IMG/VR virus record: IMGVR_UViG_3300028886_000070
Location: 1 to 64,000 of that record
Strand: one strand, 5' to 3'
From: a virus
Lineage: Duplodnaviria; Caudoviricetes
Length of the DNA stretch: 64,000 nt
How positions within the stretch are numbered: the first letter of the stretch is position 1; each line of letters starts with the position of its first letter. The notes beneath the pieces were generated by a model. It was not told the origin of the DNA, did not search any database, and saw only the letters and a program-made list of their open reading frames with translations. Positions 46,520-55,042 of this stretch are shown here, piece after piece. The position numbers and the translations under genes were made by a program.

Positions 46520-46897
46520 TCAGCTGAAATAGTAGTTCTCCTTCAGCCGGAGCAGCGCGGAGCCGTCCCCGGCGGCGACTGCGCGGGCGAGGCTGCCCGA
46601 CTCGGACTCCGAGAGCTTCCCGAACATGGACGAGCGGCGGGCGTCGGAGACCTCCTCCTCGCGCCCCTCCGAGCGGTTCATGCCGGCCATCATGTGCTTC
46701 GCCACGGCGTCGCCCCAGAACTGCGAGAGGACGGCGTCCTCCACGTCCGGGCGGAACGGGCCGGCCGCGGTCGCCGCGAGCGCCCTCACGTCGTCGAAGT
46801 CCATGTCGCCGAGCGTGCCGTCCGCGACGGCTCCGGCGATCGCGCCGGACGCCGCAGGGGCCATCGTGGCCTGTATCGCGAGGTCAACGCTGTCCAT
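46520..46897 (-). CDS. hypothetical virion-module protein (125 aa)
   Basis: GAGGAGG RBS. Confidence 0.65.
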   Translation of the reverse strand: MDSVDLAIQATMAPAASGAIAGAVADGTLGDMDFDDVRALAATAAGPFRPDVEDAVLSQFWGDAVAKHMMAGMNRSEGREEEVSDARRSSMFGKLSESESGSLARAVAAGDGSALLRLKENYYFS

Positions 46898-47945
46898 TCT
46901 TCCTCCTCTCGTCCTCGCCGGTCGACGGCGTGATCACGACCTCGCCGCGCCTCAAGGGCCGGTTCTCCGTCGGATGGGCGGGCGTTGGGAGCCCGTTCAG
47001 TCCGCCCGGCAGAATATACCCGTGCCCGGGCATGGACCACGAAGGCGGCCTGTTCCGGCGCTCGTCCATGATCTCCTTGACGGACTTGTGCGTCGAGCCC
47101 TCCGGCGCGTTCGTCACCTTGTCCTTCTCCGACGCCGTCAGGTCGTCCCAGCTTTTGCCGGGGTACATCTTCTTCATGTTCTTCTCGGTGGACTGGAGGT
47201 AGCGGCCCCAGTCGGAGCCGAGCCCGTGCGGGAGCAGCTCGCCGTGGCCGATGTAGGTCGAGGCGTAGCGCGTCGCGGAGCCGTCGTCGAACGGCTTGAG
47301 CATGTCGAGGAACGAGGTCTGCGGGGGCGTGTAGCTGCCGTAGTTCTTGATATTGTAGTTGACGTGCCCGCCCGTGAACTGCCAGCCACCGGAGCGCACC
47401 TTGCGCGCCTCAGCGCGGTTCTCGCGGTCGATCTCGAAGGCGCGCTGCATCGTCAGCTGCATGCCGTACTTCCAGAGGTCGCGGCGCATCTGCGCGTCCG
47501 CGTCCTCCGCCTGCGGCGACACTCCACCGGGGGCGACGGCGGGGCCGGCGAGCGTGCCAGCCTTGTGGCCGTCGTTCGCGGAAGGCGACGGGGTCACGGT
47601 CGCTGGGAGCGCCGGGAGTCTTGCCGCCGTAGCGGGAGCAGAAGGAACCACAGGGGTCGGCATCGGTGCAGCCAGCACGTCCGGGAGCGCCGAATTGCCG
47701 TACTCCGTTGCCGGAGTGGAACCCCACGTCCCGTCGGGGCGCCGTCTCAAGTCCGCGTGGACTACGGGAGACACTGGCGTCGAACCCGGCACAGTCACCG
47801 GTGCTCGTGGCGCGGGCGTAGGCGCTGGCAACGCGGGAAGGTCAGCGAACGCATCGCCAGACGTCTGCGGCGTCTGCGTCTGCGTCTGCGCCGGCTTTCG
47901 CTCACCCGGAAGCGGTGGCAGGTCGTTGAAGTTGAACCCCGCCAT
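46884..47945 (-). CDS. Pro-rich putative internal virion protein (353 aa)
   Basis: GGAGG RBS; low-complexity N-terminal half with DLPxLP motifs. Confidence 0.6.
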   Translation of the reverse strand: MAGFNFNDLPPLPGERKPAQTQTQTPQTSGDAFADLPALPAPTPAPRAPVTVPGSTPVSPVVHADLRRRPDGTWGSTPATEYGNSALPDVLAAPMPTPVVPSAPATAARLPALPATVTPSPSANDGHKAGTLAGPAVAPGGVSPQAEDADAQMRRDLWKYGMQLTMQRAFEIDRENRAEARKVRSGGWQFTGGHVNYNIKNYGSYTPPQTSFLDMLKPFDDGSATRYASTYIGHGELLPHGLGSDWGRYLQSTEKNMKKMYPGKSWDDLTASEKDKVTNAPEGSTHKSVKEIMDERRNRPPSWSMPGHGYILPGGLNGLPTPAHPTENRPLRRGEVVITPSTGEDERRKNGQR

Positions 47946-47947
47946 TA

Positions 47948-49549
47948 CTACCGCCCTCCTGCCGCCCTCTTCGAGTCAAGCGCCTTCTGGTAGCCCTCGA
48001 AGTCGAAGAATACCTGGTTCTCGATCGGTTGCTTGTTGAACCAGTCGACATACGGCTGGACACGCTGCTTGTCCTCATCGGACCATGTGTCGTACAGACC
48101 CTCAACACCGCTCGCCATCTGCGCGACACGGTTAGCGTTATCTTTAACGAGCTCCTTCATCGCCGGAAGGTTCTGCAACATCCCGAGGCGCTGGCGGTAC
48201 ACGTTGGTGTGATGTTCCGTCATCTTGTCGAGGTCGGCCCCGACGAGCCCGTTCGTGAGGGCCATGCCCTCGTCGTAGGACTTGCGAATCTGGCCGAGCA
48301 GGCCGTTCAGGGCCGTCGGCGACATGTCGGGAACCTCCGACGCCTGCTTCAGCGCGGCGGCGAGTGCCGTGCGCTCGGCGACGGCCTTCTGGATTCCCGG
48401 CAGCGAGGCGACGAGCTCGGGGCTCCAGCCGTCGTACTGCCCGCGCGTCGGCGCGAGGCCGGACGGGCGGCCGGTGGCTCCGGTCTGCAAGCCGGCAAAG
48501 AGGTTGGCGACGGCCGTGCCGATGAACGAGTCGCCCGGCCCCTTCGGGACCTGCGTGAAGGCGTCCACGACGGCTCCGCCCGTATTGGGGTCGAGCCCGG
48601 TGTTCAAGAGCTTGTCGCCCGCATAGATCGCCCCGGCGGTCGCCGCGGCCTTCGCCCAGTTACTGCGCGGCACTCCCTTCGTCTCGGCCTTCCAGCCCTT
48701 GCCGAACGGGAGGCTGTTCACGAACGAGAGCCGCTCCGGCGTGTCGGGGGTGGCAGCGGCGGGCGCGCCCGACGCGGGAGGCGTCGAGCTCGGAGCCGAA
48801 CTGCGGGGCGGGGTGTGGGTCGAGCCCCTCGATCCCGGCGCGGGAGTCCGCGAGGGGTTGCTCCCGGTGCGCGGCGTGGACGGCGTGGAAGTCGGCGTCG
48901 GCGATGTCATGCGCTGCCACGCCGGGGTGTTCCCCGCCTTCTGCGTGTCGCGCCACGCGAGCACCTGCTTCGCCTGGTCCTCCGTCATGGAAAACCCGAA
49001 TCCCCTGGCGTGCGCCTGCACGTCGGCGGGATTTGTTGCATCTTTCAGCATGCGGTTCCACTTCGACTGGTCGTAGCCGCGGGACTGCTTCATGTTGCGG
49101 AAGAACGTCCAGTCCTCGCCGGTTGCGGCTGGGGCGGCTCCGGGCGCCGCAGGGGCGGCCGCGGGCTTCGCCGCGGGAGCGGCGGGGGCTGCGGCTGGCT
49201 TCGCCGCGGGAGCGGCGGGGGCTGCCGCCGTGCCCTGCGCGCGTGCCCTCGCCTTCGCCACGGCCTCCCTCGCGCCGCTGCGGGACGCCATCCTCTCGGC
49301 GCGGGCCGCGAGCTTCTCGGCGCGGTCTGCCGCGGAAGCGGCGCCGGACGCGGTCTTCGCGCCCTCCGCCGCCTTCGCCGCGGCTTCGGCCTTCGTGGCC
49401 GCGGTGGCCGCGGTCCTCGCCTTGGATGCCGTCTCGGCTGCCGCCTTGGCCTTGGCGGCGGCCTCCGCGGTGGCCTTGGCCTTGGCGGCGGCCTCCGCCG
49501 CCTGCCGCGCCTTCCTCACCGTCTTCGCTGCCTTTACTGGATTAGCCAT
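47948..49549 (-). CDS. Ala/Lys-rich putative internal virion protein (533 aa)
   Basis: AGGAG RBS; AEAAAKAKA and APAAPAAKP repeats. Confidence 0.65.
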   Translation of the reverse strand: MANPVKAAKTVRKARQAAEAAAKAKATAEAAAKAKAAAETASKARTAATAATKAEAAAKAAEGAKTASGAASAADRAEKLAARAERMASRSGAREAVAKARARAQGTAAAPAAPAAKPAAAPAAPAAKPAAAPAAPGAAPAATGEDWTFFRNMKQSRGYDQSKWNRMLKDATNPADVQAHARGFGFSMTEDQAKQVLAWRDTQKAGNTPAWQRMTSPTPTSTPSTPRTGSNPSRTPAPGSRGSTHTPPRSSAPSSTPPASGAPAAATPDTPERLSFVNSLPFGKGWKAETKGVPRSNWAKAAATAGAIYAGDKLLNTGLDPNTGGAVVDAFTQVPKGPGDSFIGTAVANLFAGLQTGATGRPSGLAPTRGQYDGWSPELVASLPGIQKAVAERTALAAALKQASEVPDMSPTALNGLLGQIRKSYDEGMALTNGLVGADLDKMTEHHTNVYRQRLGMLQNLPAMKELVKDNANRVAQMASGVEGLYDTWSDEDKQRVQPYVDWFNKQPIENQVFFDFEGYQKALDSKRAAGGR

Positions 49550-49559
49550 GCCGTTTCTC

Positions 49560-50567
49560 CTAAATGTTGAAGGCTTCCTCCGAGAGCTCGCCCATCGAGT
49601 TCTGGTACACGCCGTTGACTATCACCTGGGTCTGCACGGAGTCGTTCGCCACCTCGCAGGACTTCAGCCACTGCACCGCCTGCGCCTTGAACTTGTCGGC
49701 CTTGTCCACCTCGCCGGCCTTCATGCACCAGTTGTAGTTGATCATCCACTCCACGGGGTCGATGCCCTCGAACGGCAGGGCGTCGGAGTCCCTGACGAGC
49801 GGGAGCGGGTCGATCCTGACCTCCGCGAGGACGTCCACCGGCGCGCGGGGGTCCGCGCCCATGATCGAGTACCGGCGGAACTGCGGGTTCTTCACCTCGG
49901 GGTGGTACACCGCTATGGGGAACCGCTCGCCCGTCGACACGTCCTCCGCGTAGAGCGTGAGGTAGTCGTCGCACGAGTCGGAAATCACAATGTCGTCGAC
50001 GACCTGCGCCTGCGTGCCGTCAGGGACCGCGTCCTCCGGCTCGCAGCCGGAGACGAGGTTGTGCAGGGCGTCGTACTTCGCCTTGCTGTAGACGGAGAGG
50101 TCGAATCCGGCGACCCTCCCGTCGGTGCGCGTCACGGTGACGCGCAGGGGAGGCTGCGGGGCCTCCGAGTCGGAGATCGCGAAGAGCCGGAACGGACGCT
50201 CGGGCTCGACGATGACGGGCTTGAACCCCATGTCCACGACGTTGCGCATCGGGACGGGCGTGAAGCCGTCGGGCGGCCGGGACATGTCGATGTCGCCGGG
50301 GCCGGAGTGCACGAAGCGGAAGTCCTGCCCGCGCACGGTGAGCGGCCTGCCGTTGACGCAGACCCTCACGAGGCCGGCCGACCCCTGGGGAAGAGTGAAC
50401 CCGGGGCCGACCGTAATGATGCGGACGACCCTGCGCAGGCACTCCCACCCGTTCAGCCCGGCGAGGTTCTCCACCGCCCTGTTCACCGCGTCGCGGACGT
50501 CCGTGACGCCGTACGCGTGGATCGAGGCATGGAGCCGCTTCTTGAGCTGTCCGAGGGTGTAGGTCAT
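49560..50567 (-). CDS. putative head-tail adaptor (335 aa)
   Basis: MTYTLGQLKKRL...DAVNRAVENL N-terminal helices; directly downstream of the capsid gene. Confidence 0.6.
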   Translation of the reverse strand: MTYTLGQLKKRLHASIHAYGVTDVRDAVNRAVENLAGLNGWECLRRVVRIITVGPGFTLPQGSAGLVRVCVNGRPLTVRGQDFRFVHSGPGDIDMSRPPDGFTPVPMRNVVDMGFKPVIVEPERPFRLFAISDSEAPQPPLRVTVTRTDGRVAGFDLSVYSKAKYDALHNLVSGCEPEDAVPDGTQAQVVDDIVISDSCDDYLTLYAEDVSTGERFPIAVYHPEVKNPQFRRYSIMGADPRAPVDVLAEVRIDPLPLVRDSDALPFEGIDPVEWMINYNWCMKAGEVDKADKFKAQAVQWLKSCEVANDSVQTQVIVNGVYQNSMGELSEEAFNI

Positions 50568-50584
50568 GGCAGGGTCTCCGTGTC

Positions 50585-50618
50585 GGGAGAGGCGCGGGCT
50601 CGCGTCCGCGCCCCTCCC
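50585..50618 (-). terminator. GC hairpin after the capsid gene (attenuator/stabiliser, no U tract)
   Basis: GGGAGAGGCGCGG / CCGCGCCCCTCCC inverted repeat. Confidence 0.5.
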
Positions 50619-50623
50619 TCTCG

Positions 50624-52618
50624 TCACGAGATGACGAGCTCGCCGTCGTCGACCGTGGTGAGGTTCGTCGGCGTGGACGAATCGGCGGCCGCGGCGAGCA
50701 CGATCGCGCTGGCGGCCGCGAGCTGCACGACGACGGTCTTCGGCGTGGGGGCGCCGATGACGACGCCGGACGCGGCGGCGGCCGTGGGCGTGCTGGCGTT
50801 CGAGAGGGCACCGGCCTTGATCGTGGCGGTGTCGCCGACCTGGGCCGCGATGGGTTCCTTGGTCTTGAGCGTCACGGTCGTCACGGTCTTGGTCGCCGTC
50901 GTGCTCGTGTTGGAGCCGACCACCATGCTGCCCACCAGGGCGCCCTTGCGGGTGTAGCCCGGGTTGATCTTGGTGTTCGCCTCGGGGCAGATCGAAGGCA
51001 TGGCCTTCGTGCAGCGGCGGTACAGGAACGAGCACGCCTCGAAGACGCAGGTGTCGGGCTTCGGCACGATCTCGAAGGTGCCGTAGAAGTTGCCGATCTT
51101 GCCCTCGGGGTTCTTGTCCCAGCTGACGATGTTGCGCCACGCCCACTTGCCGTTGAGGCCCGTGACCGGCCCGAAGTACGTCCCGGAGCCGAGCGTGTTG
51201 ACCGACGGCACGAACAGGTTCGTGAAGATCTTGTTCATGAACACCGGCGCGATCGCGATCGCGGCCATGTAGTACTCGGGGTTGGCGGTCGGGATGCCGG
51301 CGCCGTTGACGCCGGTGCGGCCCGCGATGCGCGGAGGCACGTACTCGGCGATCCACACCGCCTTGCCCTCGAACTCCTTCTTGCCCACGTTGCCGTAGCT
51401 GATGGGGTGCTCGCCGTCGTCCGTGTCGGTGCTGCCCGACGCGGTGTAGTTGGCGATGTACTTCTTCAGCTTGAAGCGGAGCTGGTTCCCGTCGTTCGTG
51501 ATCGCCCAGCGGCGGAACGTGGTCGGCGCGAACCCGTAGTGCTGGATGAGGGCCTGCGGATTGGCCTCGATCCAGTAGCGGCGCTCCTCCTCGTTGGCGC
51601 GGATGTAGCGCTCCACGTCGTCGTGGCTGACGGCGAGGGCGAACATCGGCTCCGTGCCGATGCGGCCGACCGCGGCCTCGGGGCACATCGTCTTCAGGTA
51701 CTCGCGCACCTGGTCGAGCACGTCGAAGTTGATGGGCTCGAGCGGGACGGAGGCGTCGAACACGATGAACGGCTTGTCGACGTAGGTCTTGTTCGCCGTG
51801 CCGTCGGCGCCCGAGTTGCCGAACTTGCAGAACGGCTGGTACACGAAGCGCGGGGCGAGGGGCGAACCGACGCCGTCGAACTCGGACGTCATCAGGTAGG
51901 AGTGGCCCGCCATCACCGTCTGGTAGATGAACATGTCGCGGTTCCAGACCTCCTGCATGTCGATGCCGTACTTGACGCCCGTGTCGAGAATCCAGCCCAG
52001 CTGCTCGATGGCCTGGTTGACGAACTTGAGGGTGTCGAGGCAGATCGGGTCGGAGCCCCAGCCCGCCTTCTTGCCCTTCCACGCCAGCGTCTCCCAGCCG
52101 TAGTTGTACGTGTCGTACTTGAGCGGGGCGCAGGGGTCGTGCTGGCCGTCGGGGTACGGGTCGATGTCCTCCCACTGCGAGAGGCCCGCGTAGGTCGAGA
52201 GTCCGCCGCGGTAGATGCGGGTCTCGTTGACGACGCCGTTGAAGAGCTTGAACGCGCCGCGGGGGATGCGGGAGAACCACCAGTGCGGGCTCTCGATCTC
52301 CTTGCGCTGCGTGAACACGTCGAAGTTCTGCGCGAACGTCATGAGCATCTGGTTGTACTTGTAGTACGTGCCAGCGCCCTCGTTGAAGGACTGTCCGCCG
52401 AAGTTCGCCTCGTGGGGGTTGGCCCACGGGCCCTGGATGCCCACGTTGGGACGCGCCGTGTCGCCGGCGGGATCGTGGATGTTGAGCTTCAGGGAGTCCC
52501 TGATGTCGTACGGGGAGAGGGAGGTCGTGACCGGCTTCTTCGAGGTGAAGGTCGAGTACAGGTCTCCCACGGATGCGGCTCCGCTGGTGGAGCCGTCAGC
52601 GTTGAACGTAATTGCCAT
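50624..52618 (-). CDS. putative major capsid protein with C-terminal extension (664 aa)
   Basis: Follows portal and scaffold; has own promoter, strong RBS, strongly biased codons and a downstream hairpin; start MAITFNADG. Confidence 0.75.
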   Translation of the reverse strand: MAITFNADGSTSGAASVGDLYSTFTSKKPVTTSLSPYDIRDSLKLNIHDPAGDTARPNVGIQGPWANPHEANFGGQSFNEGAGTYYKYNQMLMTFAQNFDVFTQRKEIESPHWWFSRIPRGAFKLFNGVVNETRIYRGGLSTYAGLSQWEDIDPYPDGQHDPCAPLKYDTYNYGWETLAWKGKKAGWGSDPICLDTLKFVNQAIEQLGWILDTGVKYGIDMQEVWNRDMFIYQTVMAGHSYLMTSEFDGVGSPLAPRFVYQPFCKFGNSGADGTANKTYVDKPFIVFDASVPLEPINFDVLDQVREYLKTMCPEAAVGRIGTEPMFALAVSHDDVERYIRANEEERRYWIEANPQALIQHYGFAPTTFRRWAITNDGNQLRFKLKKYIANYTASGSTDTDDGEHPISYGNVGKKEFEGKAVWIAEYVPPRIAGRTGVNGAGIPTANPEYYMAAIAIAPVFMNKIFTNLFVPSVNTLGSGTYFGPVTGLNGKWAWRNIVSWDKNPEGKIGNFYGTFEIVPKPDTCVFEACSFLYRRCTKAMPSICPEANTKINPGYTRKGALVGSMVVGSNTSTTATKTVTTVTLKTKEPIAAQVGDTATIKAGALSNASTPTAAAASGVVIGAPTPKTVVVQLAAASAIVLAAAADSSTPTNLTTVDDGELVIS

Positions 52619-52781
52619 TGTTTGATTCCTTCCTCCGCGCCATGCGCGGAATGGGTTGTCGGTAGTGCCTTGTTTGTCGTCGGCTGGCGTCGTTGCCACC
52701 GACCGCGCCGTCCGGGCTGACGGAATAGACCCGAGTTCAGGCTCCCCGACGGGAAGGGAATCTTATACACCGTCGCCGCAT

Positions 52782-52811
52782 ATTATACCACAAACCGCCC
52801 GCCGATTGCAA
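52782..52811 (-). promoter_or_regulatory. sigma70-like promoter, class II, for the capsid gene
   Basis: TTGCAA-18 nt-TATAAT with TGG before the -10. Confidence 0.7.
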
Positions 52812-52819
52812 GAGGGTAT

Positions 52820-52859
52820 GGAAAAGCCCCCTCGGAACCGCTCCGAAGGGGCCTTTTCC
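52820..52859 (-). terminator. Rho-independent terminator after the scaffold gene
   Basis: GGAAAAGGCCCCTTCGGA...TCCGAGGGGGCTTTTCC on the - strand. Confidence 0.7.
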
Positions 52860-52877
52860 GCCTGCCTCGCGCGGACT

Positions 52878-54287
52878 TTACTGCATCCCGGCGACGGCCT
52901 GCTGCACGAACTCCGCGGCGAAGGACGCGGCGTCGGACGGCTGCCCGGCGGGCGCGAACGCCTTGGGGGCGTCCGGCTCCGGCGGCTTCGCGGGAGGCGC
53001 GGCGGGCGCGGGCGACACCGGGAGGACCGGCGGGCGCGAGAACGTCTGCCGCGACTGGAGGGCGCGGCGGAGCTGAAGGTTCTCCTCCATCGTCTGCCGG
53101 AGCATCTCGTACGTCTTCGGGGCCATGTAGCCCTCGAGCATCGCGGCGAACTTCTGCTCCTCCGGGGCGCGGGCGAGCCACTCCTTGAAGGCGGCCTCGC
53201 GGGCGTCGCGGTCGGCGGCGAACTCGCGGTCGGTGACGGCGTAGGCGGGCGGGAGCCCTCCCTCCGGCGTGAGGCCGCGGAGTATCGTCACGGCGGAGTC
53301 GGCCATCGCGGCGACGCGCTGCGCCGTCTCGATCGCGGACTGCCGGGTGGCGACGGCCTCCTGGCCGATCTGCGAGTTGCGCCAGTCGGTGAGCTCGCGG
53401 TCGCGGTCGGCGAGCAGCTTCTGCGCGTCGCGGACGTGGACGAGGATCTCGCCCTGCGACATCGTCGGGAGCGTCCCGAGCAGGCGCCCGAGGTCCTCCG
53501 GCCTCGCGGTCATCACGGCCTCGGCCTGCGCGAACGACTCGTCCTGCCCGACGCCGTTCTGCTGCAACACCCCGGCGATCTCGCCGCACAGCTTCTCGAG
53601 GGGCGTGTCGAAGCGCTCGCGGAACGCGGGCGACTTCTCGAGGTCCATGCGCCCGAGGTCGTCCTCGAGCTGCCTGATCCTCTCGTCCTTCTGGTTCAGC
53701 TGATCGGTGAACGACGCCTTCTCGTCGATGAACTTCTTCGTGCTCTCGACGAGCTCGTTGTACTTGCCGCGGTACTCCTCGGCCATCCGGCGGTTCTGCG
53801 TCATGCGGGCGCGCAGGTCCGCGAAGGCGTGGTTCTGCTGGTCGGTGAGGTTCTGCGGCGTCGGCACGTCGGGGGCGTTGGGCACCTCCGGGAGCGGCGC
53901 GAGCGTCGAGAGCGGGTCCGCCGGCTGCTGCGCGTACCTGTCCGTCACGGCGGGTTGCGCGGGCGGCTGGGGCTGCGCGGGCGGCTGCCCCGGCGGAGGC
54001 GTAGCGACCGGCGCGGGCGGCGCCGGCGGCTGGGCCGGGGGCGGCGCCGGCGGCTGGGCCGGGGGCGGCGCGGGCTGCGGCTCGGGCGGGGGTTGCGTCG
54101 GGGCGATCCCCTCGGGCTTCGCGAGCATCGCGCCGAGGACCTCGGCGGCGAACGACGTCGCGGCGTCGCTCACCTGCTGCCCGCCGCCGGGAGGTGCGGG
54201 CTGCGCGGCCGTGAAGGGCTGCGGCTCGCCCGAAGGCTGTATGGCCGGCATGCCCGGCCTCTGCGGAACTGGAGCTGGTTCGCTCAT
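52878..54287 (-). CDS. putative capsid scaffolding protein
   Basis: Pro-rich N-terminus, long coiled coil; lies between portal and capsid. Confidence 0.65.
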   Translation of the reverse strand: MSEPAPVPQRPGMPAIQPSGEPQPFTAAQPAPPGGGQQVSDAATSFAAEVLGAMLAKPEGIAPTQPPPEPQPAPPPAQPPAPPPAQPPAPPAPVATPPPGQPPAQPQPPAQPAVTDRYAQQPADPLSTLAPLPEVPNAPDVPTPQNLTDQQNHAFADLRARMTQNRRMAEEYRGKYNELVESTKKFIDEKASFTDQLNQKDERIRQLEDDLGRMDLEKSPAFRERFDTPLEKLCGEIAGVLQQNGVGQDESFAQAEAVMTARPEDLGRLLGTLPTMSQGEILVHVRDAQKLLADRDRELTDWRNSQIGQEAVATRQSAIETAQRVAAMADSAVTILRGLTPEGGLPPAYAVTDREFAADRDAREAAFKEWLARAPEEQKFAAMLEGYMAPKTYEMLRQTMEENLQLRRALQSRQTFSRPPVLPVSPAPAAPPAKPPEPDAPKAFAPAGQPSDAASFAAEFVQQAVAGMQ

Positions 54288-54301
54288 GTGTCAATGTCTC
54301 C

Positions 54302-54682
54302 TCATGTGCCCAGCGCGTCCTCGGGGTCGGTGTCGAACGTCTGGTCGGGCATCGGCTTCGCCGACGCCGCCCTGCCGCGGAACACCTCCGGGAACACGAT
54401 GGACGGGTCTGTGATAAGCTGGAGCGCGAGCGACAGCCCGGACGTGAACCCGTACTGCACGGCCACGTCGGTCGGCGGGTTCGCCATGCCGAGCGGGCCG
54501 TTCACCACGAGGTCCTGGAGCGCCGAGCGCAGGAGCACGGTGAGCGGGTTCTCCGCCCACGCGTGGAACTCCTCCGCGCTCGCGGGGTCGATAAGCCTGC
54601 GGCGGAACGAGGCGACGCCGGACTGGGCGATGTACCCGTCCGGCGACACCTGCGCGAGCCGCTGTCTCGCGGGGGAGTCCAT
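54302..54682 (-). CDS. hypothetical protein (126 aa)
   Basis: TGATG overlap; MDSPARQRL... Confidence 0.6.
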   Translation of the reverse strand: MDSPARQRLAQVSPDGYIAQSGVASFRRRLIDPASAEEFHAWAENPLTVLLRSALQDLVVNGPLGMANPPTDVAVQYGFTSGLSLALQLITDPSIVFPEVFRGRAASAKPMPDQTFDTDPEDALGT

Positions 54683-54999
54683 CAGGACTTGGCCTCCGCC
54701 GGCTTGCACGCGTTGAGGGCGCGACGCGCGACCACGGAGCGGTCGAACGTCACCATCCTCACGGACAGGTCGATCTGGTTGAGCTCGTCGAGCTTCTTGG
54801 CGCGGACGACGGCGAGCTGCGCGAGCTTGACGTCGCAGTCGGCGAGCATCTTGCGCGCCTCCGCCTCCTCGAGCGGGGTCTCCAGCATCTTCTGGAACTC
54901 CGCCGCCTCCTTGGCCGCGGCCTCCTCCGCCACCTTCTGGGCGGCCATCTGCTTGGCGAGGGCCTCCTCGGCCTGCTTCTTCTGTTCGGGTGTCATCAT
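54682..54999 (-). CDS. coiled-coil hypothetical protein (105 aa)
   Basis: A-rich leader with AAGGA. Confidence 0.65.
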   Translation of the reverse strand: MMTPEQKKQAEEALAKQMAAQKVAEEAAAKEAAEFQKMLETPLEEAEARKMLADCDVKLAQLAVVRAKKLDELNQIDLSVRMVTFDRSVVARRALNACKPAEAKS

Positions 55000-55042
55000 G
55001 TTTCACTCTTCCTTGTTTGGTTGTTCACGAATCCCCGCCGCG

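Noticed and set aside
49140-54070. Short tandem repeats (about 30 bp near 49165-49225; 24 bp near 54016-54070)
   Set aside because: In-frame low-complexity Ala/Pro linker duplications; not CRISPR or DGR repeats, and no reverse transcriptase is present
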